Below are positions 1-7,882 of a stretch of 48,859 nucleotides of DNA, piece by piece. Source of the DNA: Bacteriovoracaceae bacterium. Lineage in GTDB: Bacteria > Bdellovibrionota > UBA1018. The DNA lies in assembly GCA_947463705.1 (NCBI GenBank), contig CANHSO010000002.1, forward strand, positions 1 through 48,859, written 5' to 3'. Position numbers and translations under genes: made by a program. How positions within the stretch are numbered: position 1 is the stretch's first letter; each line of letters opens with the position of its first letter. The notes beneath the pieces are model-generated. The model was not told the origin of the DNA. It did no database searches and worked only from the letters and a program-made list of their open reading frames with translations.

Positions 1-517
1 GGCGTTCAAATCCCAACGCCTTTTTACTTGCAAAGTCCTTGCTTTGAAAGCCCTTCGAATGGAGCAATTCAAGGACTAGGCGGTTGATCGGTTTTTCTTC
101 AAGTTCAGAAATCGAAAATGGTAAAAGCTCATACGACAACATTCTGCCCGTGAGTGATTCTCGAATGGCTTTGCGAGAAGAAAATCTAACCGAACCCGAG
201 AGAATGAGTTGTCCTGGTTTTTTATGGGTGCGGATGTACTCTTTGATCTCCGGAAAAAGTGGCGGTGCCAATTGGCATTCGTCAATTGCTGCCGGGAGAC
301 TTTTTGGAAGCTCGCATAAGCCCGACACGAACGAAGCAGGGCTGGAGTTGGCCCGCTCCCGCTGAATCGTACTATCCAGAGTGGTATAGTTATTAGTAAT
401 CCCTTCTATTAAGGTTGTCTTTCCAACTTGACGGTGACCAAAGATGCCGACAACGCCTTTGTGGGTCAGTCCTTTTTTTACAAGTGGTGTGAGATATCTA
501 TGGCGAAGGTGAGGCAT
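1..517 (-). CDS. AAA+ ATPase of the AAA_14/DUF4143 (COG1373-like) family. N-terminal 172 codons only; the C-terminus runs off the left edge.
   Basis: Absent from the supplied ORF track because it is open at the window edge. Manual minus-strand translation from ATG 517..515 (GGAG 7 nt upstream) gives 172 codons with no stop: MPHLRHRYLTPLVKKGLTHKGVVGIFGHRQVGKTTLIEG...AAIDECQLAPPLFPEIKEYIRTHKKPGQLILSGSVRFSSRKAIRESLTGRMLSYELLPFSISEL. It has Walker A GHRQVGKTT, Walker-B-like IDECQ and the SLTGR..L.PFS..E block typical of this family. Confidence 0.7.
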   Translation of the reverse strand, partial: MPHLRHRYLTPLVKKGLTHKGVVGIFGHRQVGKTTLIEGITNNYTTLDSTIQRERANSSPASFVSGLCELPKSLPAAIDECQLAPPLFPEIKEYIRTHKKPGQLILSGSVRFSSRKAIRESLTGRMLSYELLPFSISELEEKPINRLVLELLHSKGFQSKDFASKKALGFER

Positions 518-544
518 AAGGTGCTCCTGCTTCTGAGTATAAAC

Positions 545-588
545 GTTCCTGGCAAATTAGAAAAGATCCTTTCAAATTTGCCAGGAAC
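545..588. repeat. Perfect 14-bp inverted repeat (hairpin) with a 16-nt loop, lying between repeat copy A and the AAA+ ATPase start.
   Basis: GTTCCTGGCAAATT (545-558) is the exact reverse complement of AATTTGCCAGGAAC (575-588). On the minus strand it is followed by GTTTATACT and then the GGAG-ATG of the ATPase gene. Confidence 0.85.
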
Positions 589-695
589 ATTCTCGGGTCG
601 CATGATTGGACTGGAGCGGAGTGGCCGATTGAGTTACGGCGCTTAACTCCTAGTAACCTCTGGAATCGTGGGAGATGGTTTGAGCTCACATTCGC
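575..695. repeat. Direct repeat copy A (~121 bp; 114-nt core at 582-695).
   Basis: Base-by-base comparison with 2771-2885 gives 4 mismatches in 114 nt. The 14 nt to the left (575-588 vs 2764-2777) match 12/14. Similarity ends sharply on both sides. Confidence 0.9.
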
Positions 696-919
696 ACGGG
701 GTTTTATGAGGAAAAGTGATCTGTGTCTTTTAAGACACGATAGGTCGTACGAGTCACAGTTGTGCCCTTGAATTCAAGATAGTAAAATAAAATGGTGATG
801 TAAGCGAGGGAACAAGAGGCGATCCTCGAGAAAAGATTTTTCTAGTTACAGTATTTTGTTTGGAGTCGGTTTTGGACTTCTTACTCTCGTCCTACTTTTT
901 TTAACTTGCAGCACCCAGT

Positions 920-2434
920 TCATTTTTCAACGGCGGCCCATCCTTGAAGACGATGAGTTAAACCGCATTCTTCATTTAGGTACTTCCACTTAGGATCTCT
1001 CGACAACCTATCAACAAGGAGTTGAGTGTCGGCGGAGGATAACCCATAACGATCTACTCCTAGTTCAAGTAAAACGAAGTCCAACTTACGATTTAGAAGA
1101 TCGCCTTGAGGAGGGAATTCTGAATAAATATTAATTTTGCGGTCATCCCAAGCAGCAGCAATCAAACTAGGACTAACTAGTCCTACAGGGCCTCGAATTT
1201 CATTTTTTGGGCGGATCACATGAGCACTCAGGCAATCTAGAGCATTGACGACTTCGTTGCGTCGGGCATCACGATACACAGATGATACTTGAGACTGAAG
1301 CACCCATCGAGGAGAAGCTCCACCCAAAAATGTGCTCGTGATGACCATCCAGAGGAGCCAGCGCCGCCGAATCCCTTCATCCTCCGTAGGGTAAATCTGA
1401 CTTGCTATCAAAAAAGCGAGCGCCACCCAAGGAGCTGAATAGTAGTTCCACAAGGGTAAACCGCCTGGAATCCAGCTGTAAATATAGCCAAGACCCAGTG
1501 CACCCACCCACCATATAGGCGACTTCAAAATCCAAACCACAGGTAGAAGTAACGTCATGAGTGGGCGTCCCACCAGAAAACTTGCTAAAATTTTAAACTT
1601 TTGAAGAGCTGCAAAGAGCGTGACCATTTCTCCCGTTCCACCAATTCTAGCCAATGTGACGGACTCTCCGAACCACATCGCAGGTCCAAGCTTTCCTAAA
1701 AACGAAAACTTAAGAATAATAAGCTGCAGAACAATTCCGAGAGCTGAAAAAATCAAAAAAATGCGCTTATTAGATACAAGTAGAAAAAGGGGAACAACCA
1801 ATCCCAAGACATCAAGCTTTAACGAGAAGCACAAGAGGGTGGCGGCAGCAGCCTTCCATCCATCACGAGCAAGAAAGACTCCAAACAAGAGGGCGGGATA
1901 AAGAGATTCTGGATGTGTTTCATACATAAGTGTTTTGCCATTACTCGAAAGCGAATAAAAAGCTAACATCCAGGTCAAAGAACCTAACCTTCCCCACTTT
2001 GGCTCGGTAATCCTTCCTAGAAAATAGCCACCTAATGCAAGACCGAGAGGATTAATAAGTAGGGCAGTCCACTTTGCTCCAATAATCGGTACAAGAGGTA
2101 GAAACAAAGTCAATGGGATGAAGGCATGCACACTACCGTGCTGGACCCAGCCAATAGATTGAGGAGCAAATCGAGTTAGAAAAAATCCCCCGTGCGAGGA
2201 TTGCTCCAGGAGATCCACAAAAAGCCAGAAGTCGAGTCCATTCAGTTCATTCCCCCAAAGCTGTAGTAGCTTTGCAATGAAGGCGACTAAGAAAAAAATA
2301 ATAGCAGAGCCGACATGAAGCGATTTGCTGCTTACCTTGATGGCTTGAAGCTGCCCCGGAGTTTTCTTCTTCCGTAACGTCAATACGATCAGAGCTCCTA
2401 ATACCCAAAAGACCCATCTGAATTGAAATGACAT
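920..2434 (-). CDS. Polytopic integral membrane protein, DUF2079-like (GT-C-type glycosyltransferase-like).
   Basis: 504-aa ORF with about 12 or more hydrophobic segments. The N-terminal block LDFWLFVDLLEQSSHGGFFLTRF...HGSVHAFIPLTLFLPL resembles the DUF2079 signature, and a soluble C-terminal domain follows. Family assignment is by eye only. Confidence 0.6.
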   Translation of the reverse strand: MSFQFRWVFWVLGALIVLTLRKKKTPGQLQAIKVSSKSLHVGSAIIFFLVAFIAKLLQLWGNELNGLDFWLFVDLLEQSSHGGFFLTRFAPQSIGWVQHGSVHAFIPLTLFLPLVPIIGAKWTALLINPLGLALGGYFLGRITEPKWGRLGSLTWMLAFYSLSSNGKTLMYETHPESLYPALLFGVFLARDGWKAAAATLLCFSLKLDVLGLVVPLFLLVSNKRIFLIFSALGIVLQLIILKFSFLGKLGPAMWFGESVTLARIGGTGEMVTLFAALQKFKILASFLVGRPLMTLLLPVVWILKSPIWWVGALGLGYIYSWIPGGLPLWNYYSAPWVALAFLIASQIYPTEDEGIRRRWLLWMVITSTFLGGASPRWVLQSQVSSVYRDARRNEVVNALDCLSAHVIRPKNEIRGPVGLVSPSLIAAAWDDRKINIYSEFPPQGDLLNRKLDFVLLELGVDRYGLSSADTQLLVDRLSRDPKWKYLNEECGLTHRLQGWAAVEK

Positions 2435-2545
2435 ACCTTGATGTATAACGATTACCGGAACGATTGACCATAGACAGAGTAATTCTCCTTTAAAGAAATA
2501 GCCCCTTACGATTTAGATCGAGCAAGTCCCACTTATCTACTTCCA

Positions 2546-2794
2546 GTGCAGCTCGTGTCTCAATTGAATATTCCCGGGTCAATTTGGCTTTCCAAAAAGG
2601 CTATCAACTCAGAAGTAACTGAGTCGGCCCGAGCGATAGCAAGCGAAGCCAACTCTGACTCAATGGGTACGGATCAAATCACTCTCCAAGGGACACATTA
2701 TTATATGTTCGCATGGCGTCGCGGAAACTTAGCGGCGGTAGCAGTCTCGCAAGAGAAGCACCCAATTCGTCAGGAACATTCTCGGGCCGCATGA
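2546..2794 (+). CDS. Small hypothetical protein (82 aa, GTG start) with weak Roadblock/LC7-like pattern.
   Basis: The ORF is open from 2483 and the only plausible start is GTG 2546. The pattern LNIPGSIWLS...ARAIASEA...QITLQGTHYYMFAWRRGNLAAVAVS loosely fits the beta-beta-alpha-beta-beta layout of Roadblock domains. The last 8 codons and the stop lie inside repeat copy B. Coding status is uncertain. Confidence 0.3.
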   Translation: MQLVSQLNIPGSIWLSKKAINSEVTESARAIASEANSDSMGTDQITLQGTHYYMFAWRRGNLAAVAVSQEKHPIRQEHSRAA

Positions 2795-2885
2795 TTGGAC
2801 TGGAGCGGAGTGGCCGATTGAGTTACGGCGCTTAACTCCTAGTGAACTCTGGACTCGTGGGAGATGGTTTGAGCTCACATTCGCC
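2764..2885. repeat. Direct repeat copy B.
   Basis: See copy A. It sits between convergent ORFs 2546..2794 (+) and 2832..3038 (-) and contains both stop codons. Confidence 0.9.
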
Positions 2886-3038
2886 CTCGTGGACGAGCAT
2901 TCGAACGAGAAGTGTGTAGGGCTTTCCTCGTTCTTTTGCCATGATCTTAAGGGCTCGAATGGCACCTGGTTCGAGGATGACCTCGTTGGGGGCCTTTCGA
3001 GCTACCTTGAGCCGTTCCTTTAGTTTTGAGTTGAACAT
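2832..3038 (-). CDS. Ribbon-helix-helix / CopG-BrnA-like antitoxin-like protein, orphan (no adjacent toxin gene).
   Basis: 68-aa ORF. ILEPGAIRALKIMAKERGKPYTLLVRMLVHEG resembles the C-terminal motif of CopG/BrnA-type antitoxins (..l..lk..A...GipYqtli...l...). The last 17 codons (ECELKPSPTSPEFTRS) come from repeat copy B. Confidence 0.45.
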   Translation of the reverse strand: MFNSKLKERLKVARKAPNEVILEPGAIRALKIMAKERGKPYTLLVRMLVHEGECELKPSPTSPEFTRS

Positions 3039-3067
3039 TTTAGCATTTTCTATCGTATTTTCTGGGT

Positions 3068-4450
3068 CTACTCGGCGTCGTAGGCCTTTACATCTACGGC
3101 GCTCTCACTTAGGCCAGCGGCTTTCGCGAGGGGAGCTTTCAGGTCCTTAGCGGTGCCGACAACGGCTATCGTGAGATGGTCAGGTTGGATGAAGCTCTTT
3201 AAGGCTGTGTTAACGTCAACGAGTTTAAGTGACGCGATTTTCTCAGCATGAGATCTCATTAATCCAGTGGGCAAGCTGAGGGTCTTTTCAAGTAGTGTGT
3301 TTTCGACCCGCTTGCTAGGTGTGTTGTACATAAATCCTGCACTGTTGATGAGGCTCTTTTTCGCAAATTCGAACTGATCAGACGTGATTCCATTGGCTTT
3401 CAAATCAGCGAGGATTTGAAGAGTATAGGCCAAAGCGGCGGGGGTGTCTTTAGCTGCGGGAAAAAGATGGACTAGCCAAGACCGAGGTTGGAGTCCAAAT
3501 CGGAAGGCGCTATTGGCCCCGTAACTCCATCCACGTTTGACTCTGATCTCTTGCATCAGGATGGAAGAAAAGGAATGTCCTCCAACCGCGTGATTGCCTA
3601 GGTAAAGTTTAAAGTAATCTGGATCAGTCATTTTAACGCCAATTTGGCCGAGGTTGATCTGGGTCTGCGTGCGGTCGGGTTTATCAATGATCAGCAAGCG
3701 TTTATGCTCCGCTGGCAGGGGGGAGGCAACGGTCCAGTGAGTATCAGAAACGGTTTGTTGAGTGACGCGAGCGGCAAGCGTCTGCCCCAGCGACTGGGTC
3801 CATTGCCTGATTTGGCTCTCAGCCGCGTCTCCTGAGCCAACGACGAGGAGCAGGGGCTCCCTGATTAGCTTTTCATAGTGCTGGGAGATGTCTTTCTGCT
3901 TTAAAGACTTTAGGTCAGGGATTCTGCCTAGAATAGGGTTTCCATAGGGGTGACCTCCAAATAGATAGCGGGCGAAGCCACGGCTGCCTAATGCTCCATC
4001 GTGGCCGAGTTCCTCTTGGATTCCTGCGCTGATCTCAGATCGAAGCTTTTCGATCTCAGCGGGAGGAAAGCTAGGTTGAGTGATGATCTCAGTTAAAAGA
4101 GATAGGTAAGGTTCGAGCTGTGAGGACAACACCGATCCTCTCAGGATAATGGACTCAGCTCGAGTTTCAAAGGCAAGTACTGCACCCATCTGGTCGAGAG
4201 CCAATTCAATTTTCTTTTTAGAGTGCTTTTTTGTTCCTCGGAGGAGCATCTCACCCATAAAGTTGGTGAGTCCGCTTTTTCCAGTCGGATCCGCTACGGC
4301 GCCGACTTTAAATGCGACGTTAATATTCACCACAGGCAGACCTGGGTCTCGCTCAAAAGAAAAATCAGCTGCAGAGCTAGGCTTAGTGTTTAAGAGGAGA
4401 AGAAGGGATAGACTAAAAACGGACCTAGAGAAGGATGAAATTCTTTTCAT
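3068..4450 (-). CDS. M16 family peptidase, non-catalytic partner subunit (no HxxEH), secreted.
   Basis: 460 aa with an N-terminal signal-like segment and a two-domain M16 layout. Where HxxEH is expected the sequence reads NFMGEMLLRGTK, so the zinc ligands are absent. Its start overlaps the upstream stop (ATGA at 4447-4450). Confidence 0.85.
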   Translation of the reverse strand: MKRISSFSRSVFSLSLLLLLNTKPSSAADFSFERDPGLPVVNINVAFKVGAVADPTGKSGLTNFMGEMLLRGTKKHSKKKIELALDQMGAVLAFETRAESIILRGSVLSSQLEPYLSLLTEIITQPSFPPAEIEKLRSEISAGIQEELGHDGALGSRGFARYLFGGHPYGNPILGRIPDLKSLKQKDISQHYEKLIREPLLLVVGSGDAAESQIRQWTQSLGQTLAARVTQQTVSDTHWTVASPLPAEHKRLLIIDKPDRTQTQINLGQIGVKMTDPDYFKLYLGNHAVGGHSFSSILMQEIRVKRGWSYGANSAFRFGLQPRSWLVHLFPAAKDTPAALAYTLQILADLKANGITSDQFEFAKKSLINSAGFMYNTPSKRVENTLLEKTLSLPTGLMRSHAEKIASLKLVDVNTALKSFIQPDHLTIAVVGTAKDLKAPLAKAAGLSESAVDVKAYDAE

Positions 4451-5838
4451 TTTCTGACTCCTGTGATGACCGTGCGCGAGTTGGGCTTGAAATACCTTTG
4501 CACTACTCTTAAAACGTCTTGTGCGCTGACTGCCTCCACCTTCTTCTCGTGCTCAAGTCCAGCTGAGAAGTGGTCAGCAAGGGATTCGTAGGCTCCTAAA
4601 AAGTAGGCCTTTTGATAGTTGGATTCAAGACCTTTGTAAAAACCATATCGGCTCTTGTTCTTTGCTCGCTGAAGCTCTTCTGCTGGGACTAATCCATGAG
4701 CGAGCTGCTGGAGTTGGTGGAGAATGACCCTCTCGGCCTCCTTCGCCTTCTTGCCTTTTTGAAGATTAACCATGATCACAAACAAAGATGGGTCGCGATC
4801 TTCAAAGTCATATGCTCCGACGCTGCCCGCAATTCCGGTTTCCACTAAGGCTTCGCGGAGGCGATTGTTCTTGCCTCCGGTGAGGAGACTTTGCAGGACA
4901 TCCAAGGCTGGCATGTCCTCATGAGCAAAGCCTGGAATTTTATAGCCGATCAAAAGCTTTTCAAGTTGAATATTTAAAACGAGCTGCTTTTTGCGTGGGT
5001 CTGTCTGAATCGCCTCGGCGATCTGAAGCCTTTGGGGAGTAGGTTGGGAAGGGAGCGAGCCATAGTGTTTTTGAATCAGGGACGTGACTTCCTCCGTTTT
5101 GACATCTCCAACGACTACGATGGTTGCATGATTCGGCGCGTAATAGGTTTTGTAGAATTTTGATGCATCTTGCGCCGACATTGAGTCGAGATCATTCTGA
5201 TATCCAATGACTGGCCAATGGTAGGGATGTTGATTAAACGCGAGTTCAAATAGGTTCTGGTCCATGATTCCGTCTGGACTGTTTTCATTCCTGAATCGGC
5301 GCTCATTTTGAACCACTTCACGTTCAGTCTTGAAAGACTGATCGTTCACGATGACATTAGTCATTCGGTCAGATTCAGCCTTAACGATGAGTTCAATTTG
5401 GGTTGATGGCAGTTCTTGGATATAGGCAGTGTAATCTCGACTTGTGAAGGCATTTTCCCCTTCAGCACCAGAGCTCTCGAGTAGGCGGTCGAACTCCCCA
5501 TCCTTCATAGTCTTCGTCTCTTTGAACATCATATGCTCAAAAAGATGGGCGAGTCCCGTCTTTCCAGGAACCTCATTTCTTGATCCAACCTTGAACCAGG
5601 TTTGGTAAGCGAACGTGGGAGATGAGTGATCCTCGACGACTAGCAAGCGAAGGCCGTTCTTAAATTGGATTCGATTGACTGCAAAAGGACCAGTAAGAGA
5701 AACGGTCTCCTGTTTGAGAATCATACCATCTGTTTGACCCCCAGAGGGGAGGCGACTGGGAGAAGTACTTGAACAACCCATTGAAATTAGAAAGGCCGGT
5801 AATAAGATCTTCATTTTCATAATCGATACTTCGCACAT
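4447..5838 (-). CDS. M16 family zinc metallopeptidase (pitrilysin-like), catalytic subunit, exported.
   Basis: 463 aa. It has the HxxEH inverted zinc motif in GLAHLFEHMMFKETK with downstream Glu residues (REVVQNERR). The signal peptide MKMKILLPAFLISMGC suggests the true start may be the Met at 5820. Confidence 0.9.
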   Translation of the reverse strand: MCEVSIMKMKILLPAFLISMGCSSTSPSRLPSGGQTDGMILKQETVSLTGPFAVNRIQFKNGLRLLVVEDHSSPTFAYQTWFKVGSRNEVPGKTGLAHLFEHMMFKETKTMKDGEFDRLLESSGAEGENAFTSRDYTAYIQELPSTQIELIVKAESDRMTNVIVNDQSFKTEREVVQNERRFRNENSPDGIMDQNLFELAFNQHPYHWPVIGYQNDLDSMSAQDASKFYKTYYAPNHATIVVVGDVKTEEVTSLIQKHYGSLPSQPTPQRLQIAEAIQTDPRKKQLVLNIQLEKLLIGYKIPGFAHEDMPALDVLQSLLTGGKNNRLREALVETGIAGSVGAYDFEDRDPSLFVIMVNLQKGKKAKEAERVILHQLQQLAHGLVPAEELQRAKNKSRYGFYKGLESNYQKAYFLGAYESLADHFSAGLEHEKKVEAVSAQDVLRVVQRYFKPNSRTVITGVRK

Positions 5839-5864
5839 CCAGGGAATCAGCTCAAATCAAATCT

Positions 5865-6695
5865 ATGGTCATTAAGCTACCGTCAAGATATGATCGATTC
5901 AACGAAATGGGTAAAATTAAAAACTTACTAAAAGTGGGGATATCAGCCGCAGTAGTTTCGGCAACTGCAACTGGAATTTTTTACGCGCTTCGATCTGACC
6001 TTTATACAGTTCGTGAGATTGAAGTGCGAGGCTCAATAGAGCCACCCCCCTTGAGTTCTCAGGCTGTTCTAAGTTTGGCGGCAGTGCCGACTGGGAAAAT
6101 TAGCCTTTTTCGATTGGATTTGCAGGCGATTGAGAAACGATTGATCGCAAGCGAATGGATTGATCGGGTGCAGGTCTTAGTTCGGCCTAAGGATACTTTG
6201 AGCATCTATGTTTACTATCGTCAGCCAAGGGCTATGATTCAGACGAAGCGGGGCGGATTGGCCTTGGTTGATGTCTCAGGTAAAGTTTACGGAGCGGCGA
6301 GTCAGATGAGTTCTCCCGACCTTCCGATCCTCGGAGGCTTTTCTGAGCAGTCGCCCGAACATATTCAACAAGCCTTAAAATTTCTAGCGACTTGGGAAGC
6401 TTCGACTCTGGGTGCCTTATCCTTGATCTCGTCGATTGATTGGGATGAGGAGCGAGGGTTTCGGACCCTGGTTTCTTACCCAATTAAAAATACAAAGAAG
6501 AATATTGGTTCTGATTTACCATTTTTTGGCAGAGCCATGGTGGACTTTGGAAGTGATATTTTAACTGATTTGGAATCGAGACTTTCTTACTTAGCTAATG
6601 TTTTTCAATATTTGGGTCAAGAGGGTGTTTCCGTGCGTCAGATCTGGGCAGACGCAGGGAAAAAGATTGTTGTAAAAACCTCGCGTGGTTCTTAG
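5865..6695 (+). CDS. ftsQ: Cell division protein FtsQ (single N-terminal TM, POTRA domain).
   Basis: 276 aa with TM segment VGISAAVVSATATGIFYAL followed by a POTRA-like IEVRGS... block. It lies immediately upstream of ftsA-ftsZ. Confidence 0.8.
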   Translation: MVIKLPSRYDRFNEMGKIKNLLKVGISAAVVSATATGIFYALRSDLYTVREIEVRGSIEPPPLSSQAVLSLAAVPTGKISLFRLDLQAIEKRLIASEWIDRVQVLVRPKDTLSIYVYYRQPRAMIQTKRGGLALVDVSGKVYGAASQMSSPDLPILGGFSEQSPEHIQQALKFLATWEASTLGALSLISSIDWDEERGFRTLVSYPIKNTKKNIGSDLPFFGRAMVDFGSDILTDLESRLSYLANVFQYLGQEGVSVRQIWADAGKKIVVKTSRGS

Positions 6696-6780
6696 ACTTC
6701 TTATAGGGGTAAATTTTGCCTAGCTAGGTAGGGGTCCGACTAAACGTGGAGGTTTTCTGACTCTACGGGGGGAATGGGAG

Positions 6781-7860
6781 ATGTCTAAGAGTCAATTTGT
6801 AGTTGGACTAGATCTTGGGACGACCAAAACGGTTTGTCTAGTAGGTGAGGTAGTTGATGTTGAGGCCGGATCCTCGCTCCAAGTGGTAGGATTGGGATCT
6901 GTGCCTTCTACGGGCCTTCGCAGGGGGATGATTGTTGATCAGGATGCGACCATCGAGAGCATCGTGAGGGCAGTCGAGGAGGCTGAACTCATGGCTGGAG
7001 TGAAGGTGTCCACCGTATACACGGGTATTGCGGGTGGACTGATTAGACCCAGGATATCGGATGGAATTGGCACCGTTCAAGAGGGGCAAAAGGTTGAGGG
7101 TAATCTACAGGGAGTGGTTGCTTCGGCGGAAAACATGACTCAATGCGCTGCAAAGGCAGGCCTGGAGGTCGCTGAGTTTTGCCTTGAGCCGATCGCATCA
7201 GCCGAGGCTGTGCTGAGGCGGCAGGAGTGCCAGGCGGGAGTGATTTTAGTGGATATGGGTGGCGGAACAACCGACATTGCTATCTTTAAGGACGGATCTC
7301 TGGTTCATGCAGGAGTTCTTCCGATGGGTGGCCACCAAATCACGAACGATATCGCCTTGGGTCTTAGGATTACTCAGTTTGAGGCAGAACGATTAAAAAT
7401 GCGCCATGGATGTGCGCTGAGATCTCTTGTCAGTTCGGACGAGATGTTCGAGGTGGTTGGAGTTGGCGGCAAAGGGAGAAAGATGATTTCTCGACGGGAA
7501 CTTTCTGAGATGATCGAACCTCGTGCGGAGGAGATTTTTGGTTTGATTCAGAAAGAAGTAATTAAATCTGGATTTAAAGGCTTGCTGTCGGCAGGAGTTG
7601 TAGTTACAGGGGGAGCAACTCTATTGGAGGGAGTGCCAGAACTGGCTGGATGGGTCTTCGAGGGACCGGCTAGGAGGGGACTTCCCCAAGGGATCGGCGG
7701 TTTGAAGGACGTGGTGAATTCCCCTAGGTATGCAACGGTTGTCGGGCTTTTGAAATATGGAGCAAGAAATACTTCAAAAACTCGATCTCCAGTCAGGGAG
7801 AAAAACATCTACGATAAGGTCCGCGGATCCATGCGAATCTGGATCAAAGACTTATTCTAA
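6781..7860 (+). CDS. ftsA: Cell division protein FtsA, unusually short (359 aa) and apparently lacking subdomain 1C.
   Basis: Actin-fold motifs are present: [31 protein letters not shown]. The C-terminal amphipathic helix [11 protein letters not shown] is present. Position is between ftsQ and ftsZ. Confidence 0.9.
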   Translation: MSKSQFVVGLDLGTTKTVCLVGEVVDVEAGSSLQVVGLGSVPSTGLRRGMIVDQDATIESIVRAVEEAELMAGVKVSTVYTGIAGGLIRPRISDGIGTVQEGQKVEGNLQGVVASAENMTQCAAKAGLEVAEFCLEPIASAEAVLRRQECQAGVILVDMGGGTTDIAIFKDGSLVHAGVLPMGGHQITNDIALGLRITQFEAERLKMRHGCALRSLVSSDEMFEVVGVGGKGRKMISRRELSEMIEPRAEEIFGLIQKEVIKSGFKGLLSAGVVVTGGATLLEGVPELAGWVFEGPARRGLPQGIGGLKDVVNSPRYATVVGLLKYGARNTSKTRSPVREKNIYDKVRGSMRIWIKDLF

Positions 7861-7882
7861 AACAGAAGGGTGCCAAATCAAT

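Noticed and set aside
1-25. GGCGTT-CAAATCCC-AACGCC hairpin followed by TTTTT. It looks like an intrinsic terminator or a tRNA T-arm fragment at the window start.
   Set aside because: It lies inside the open minus-strand reading frame of the AAA+ ATPase (codons ...KKALGFER). The T-arm geometry is also wrong (6-bp stem, 8-nt loop, no acceptor stem).
614-650. The repeat core segment GGAGCGGAGTGGCCGATTGAGTTACGGCGC resembles the acceptor/D-arm of a class II tRNA (Ser/Leu type).
   Set aside because: I could not fold a complementary anticodon stem, T arm or 3' acceptor strand in either copy. The differences between copies show no compensatory changes. It is not a tRNA or a recognisable tRNA pseudogene.
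428-689. Track ORFs 428..646 (+) and 498..689 (-) covering repeat copy A.
   Set aside because: Neither has a recognisable motif. They overlap the real ATPase start and the hairpin, and their sequences are largely repeat-derived (the same peptides recur in ORF 2729..2965). They are most likely non-coding.
723-738. A 16-bp palindrome GTGTCTTTTAAGACAC downstream of the DUF2079 gene.
   Set aside because: It is a 7-bp stem with a 2-nt loop, too tight for a stable hairpin. It is a single occurrence with no adjacent promoter, so the support for a regulatory call is insufficient.
2960-2976. TGGCAC-N5-TCGA, a sigma-54 -24/-12-like sequence.
   Set aside because: The -12 element does not match TTGC, and no plus-strand gene lies downstream. 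It lies inside the antitoxin-like ORF on the other strand.
7757-7882. The 42-codon N-terminal extension of the FtsZ ORF in the track.
   Set aside because: It overlaps the 3' end of ftsA and has no FtsZ similarity. The conserved N-terminus begins at Met 7883 (MFDLNQF...[11 protein letters not shown]).
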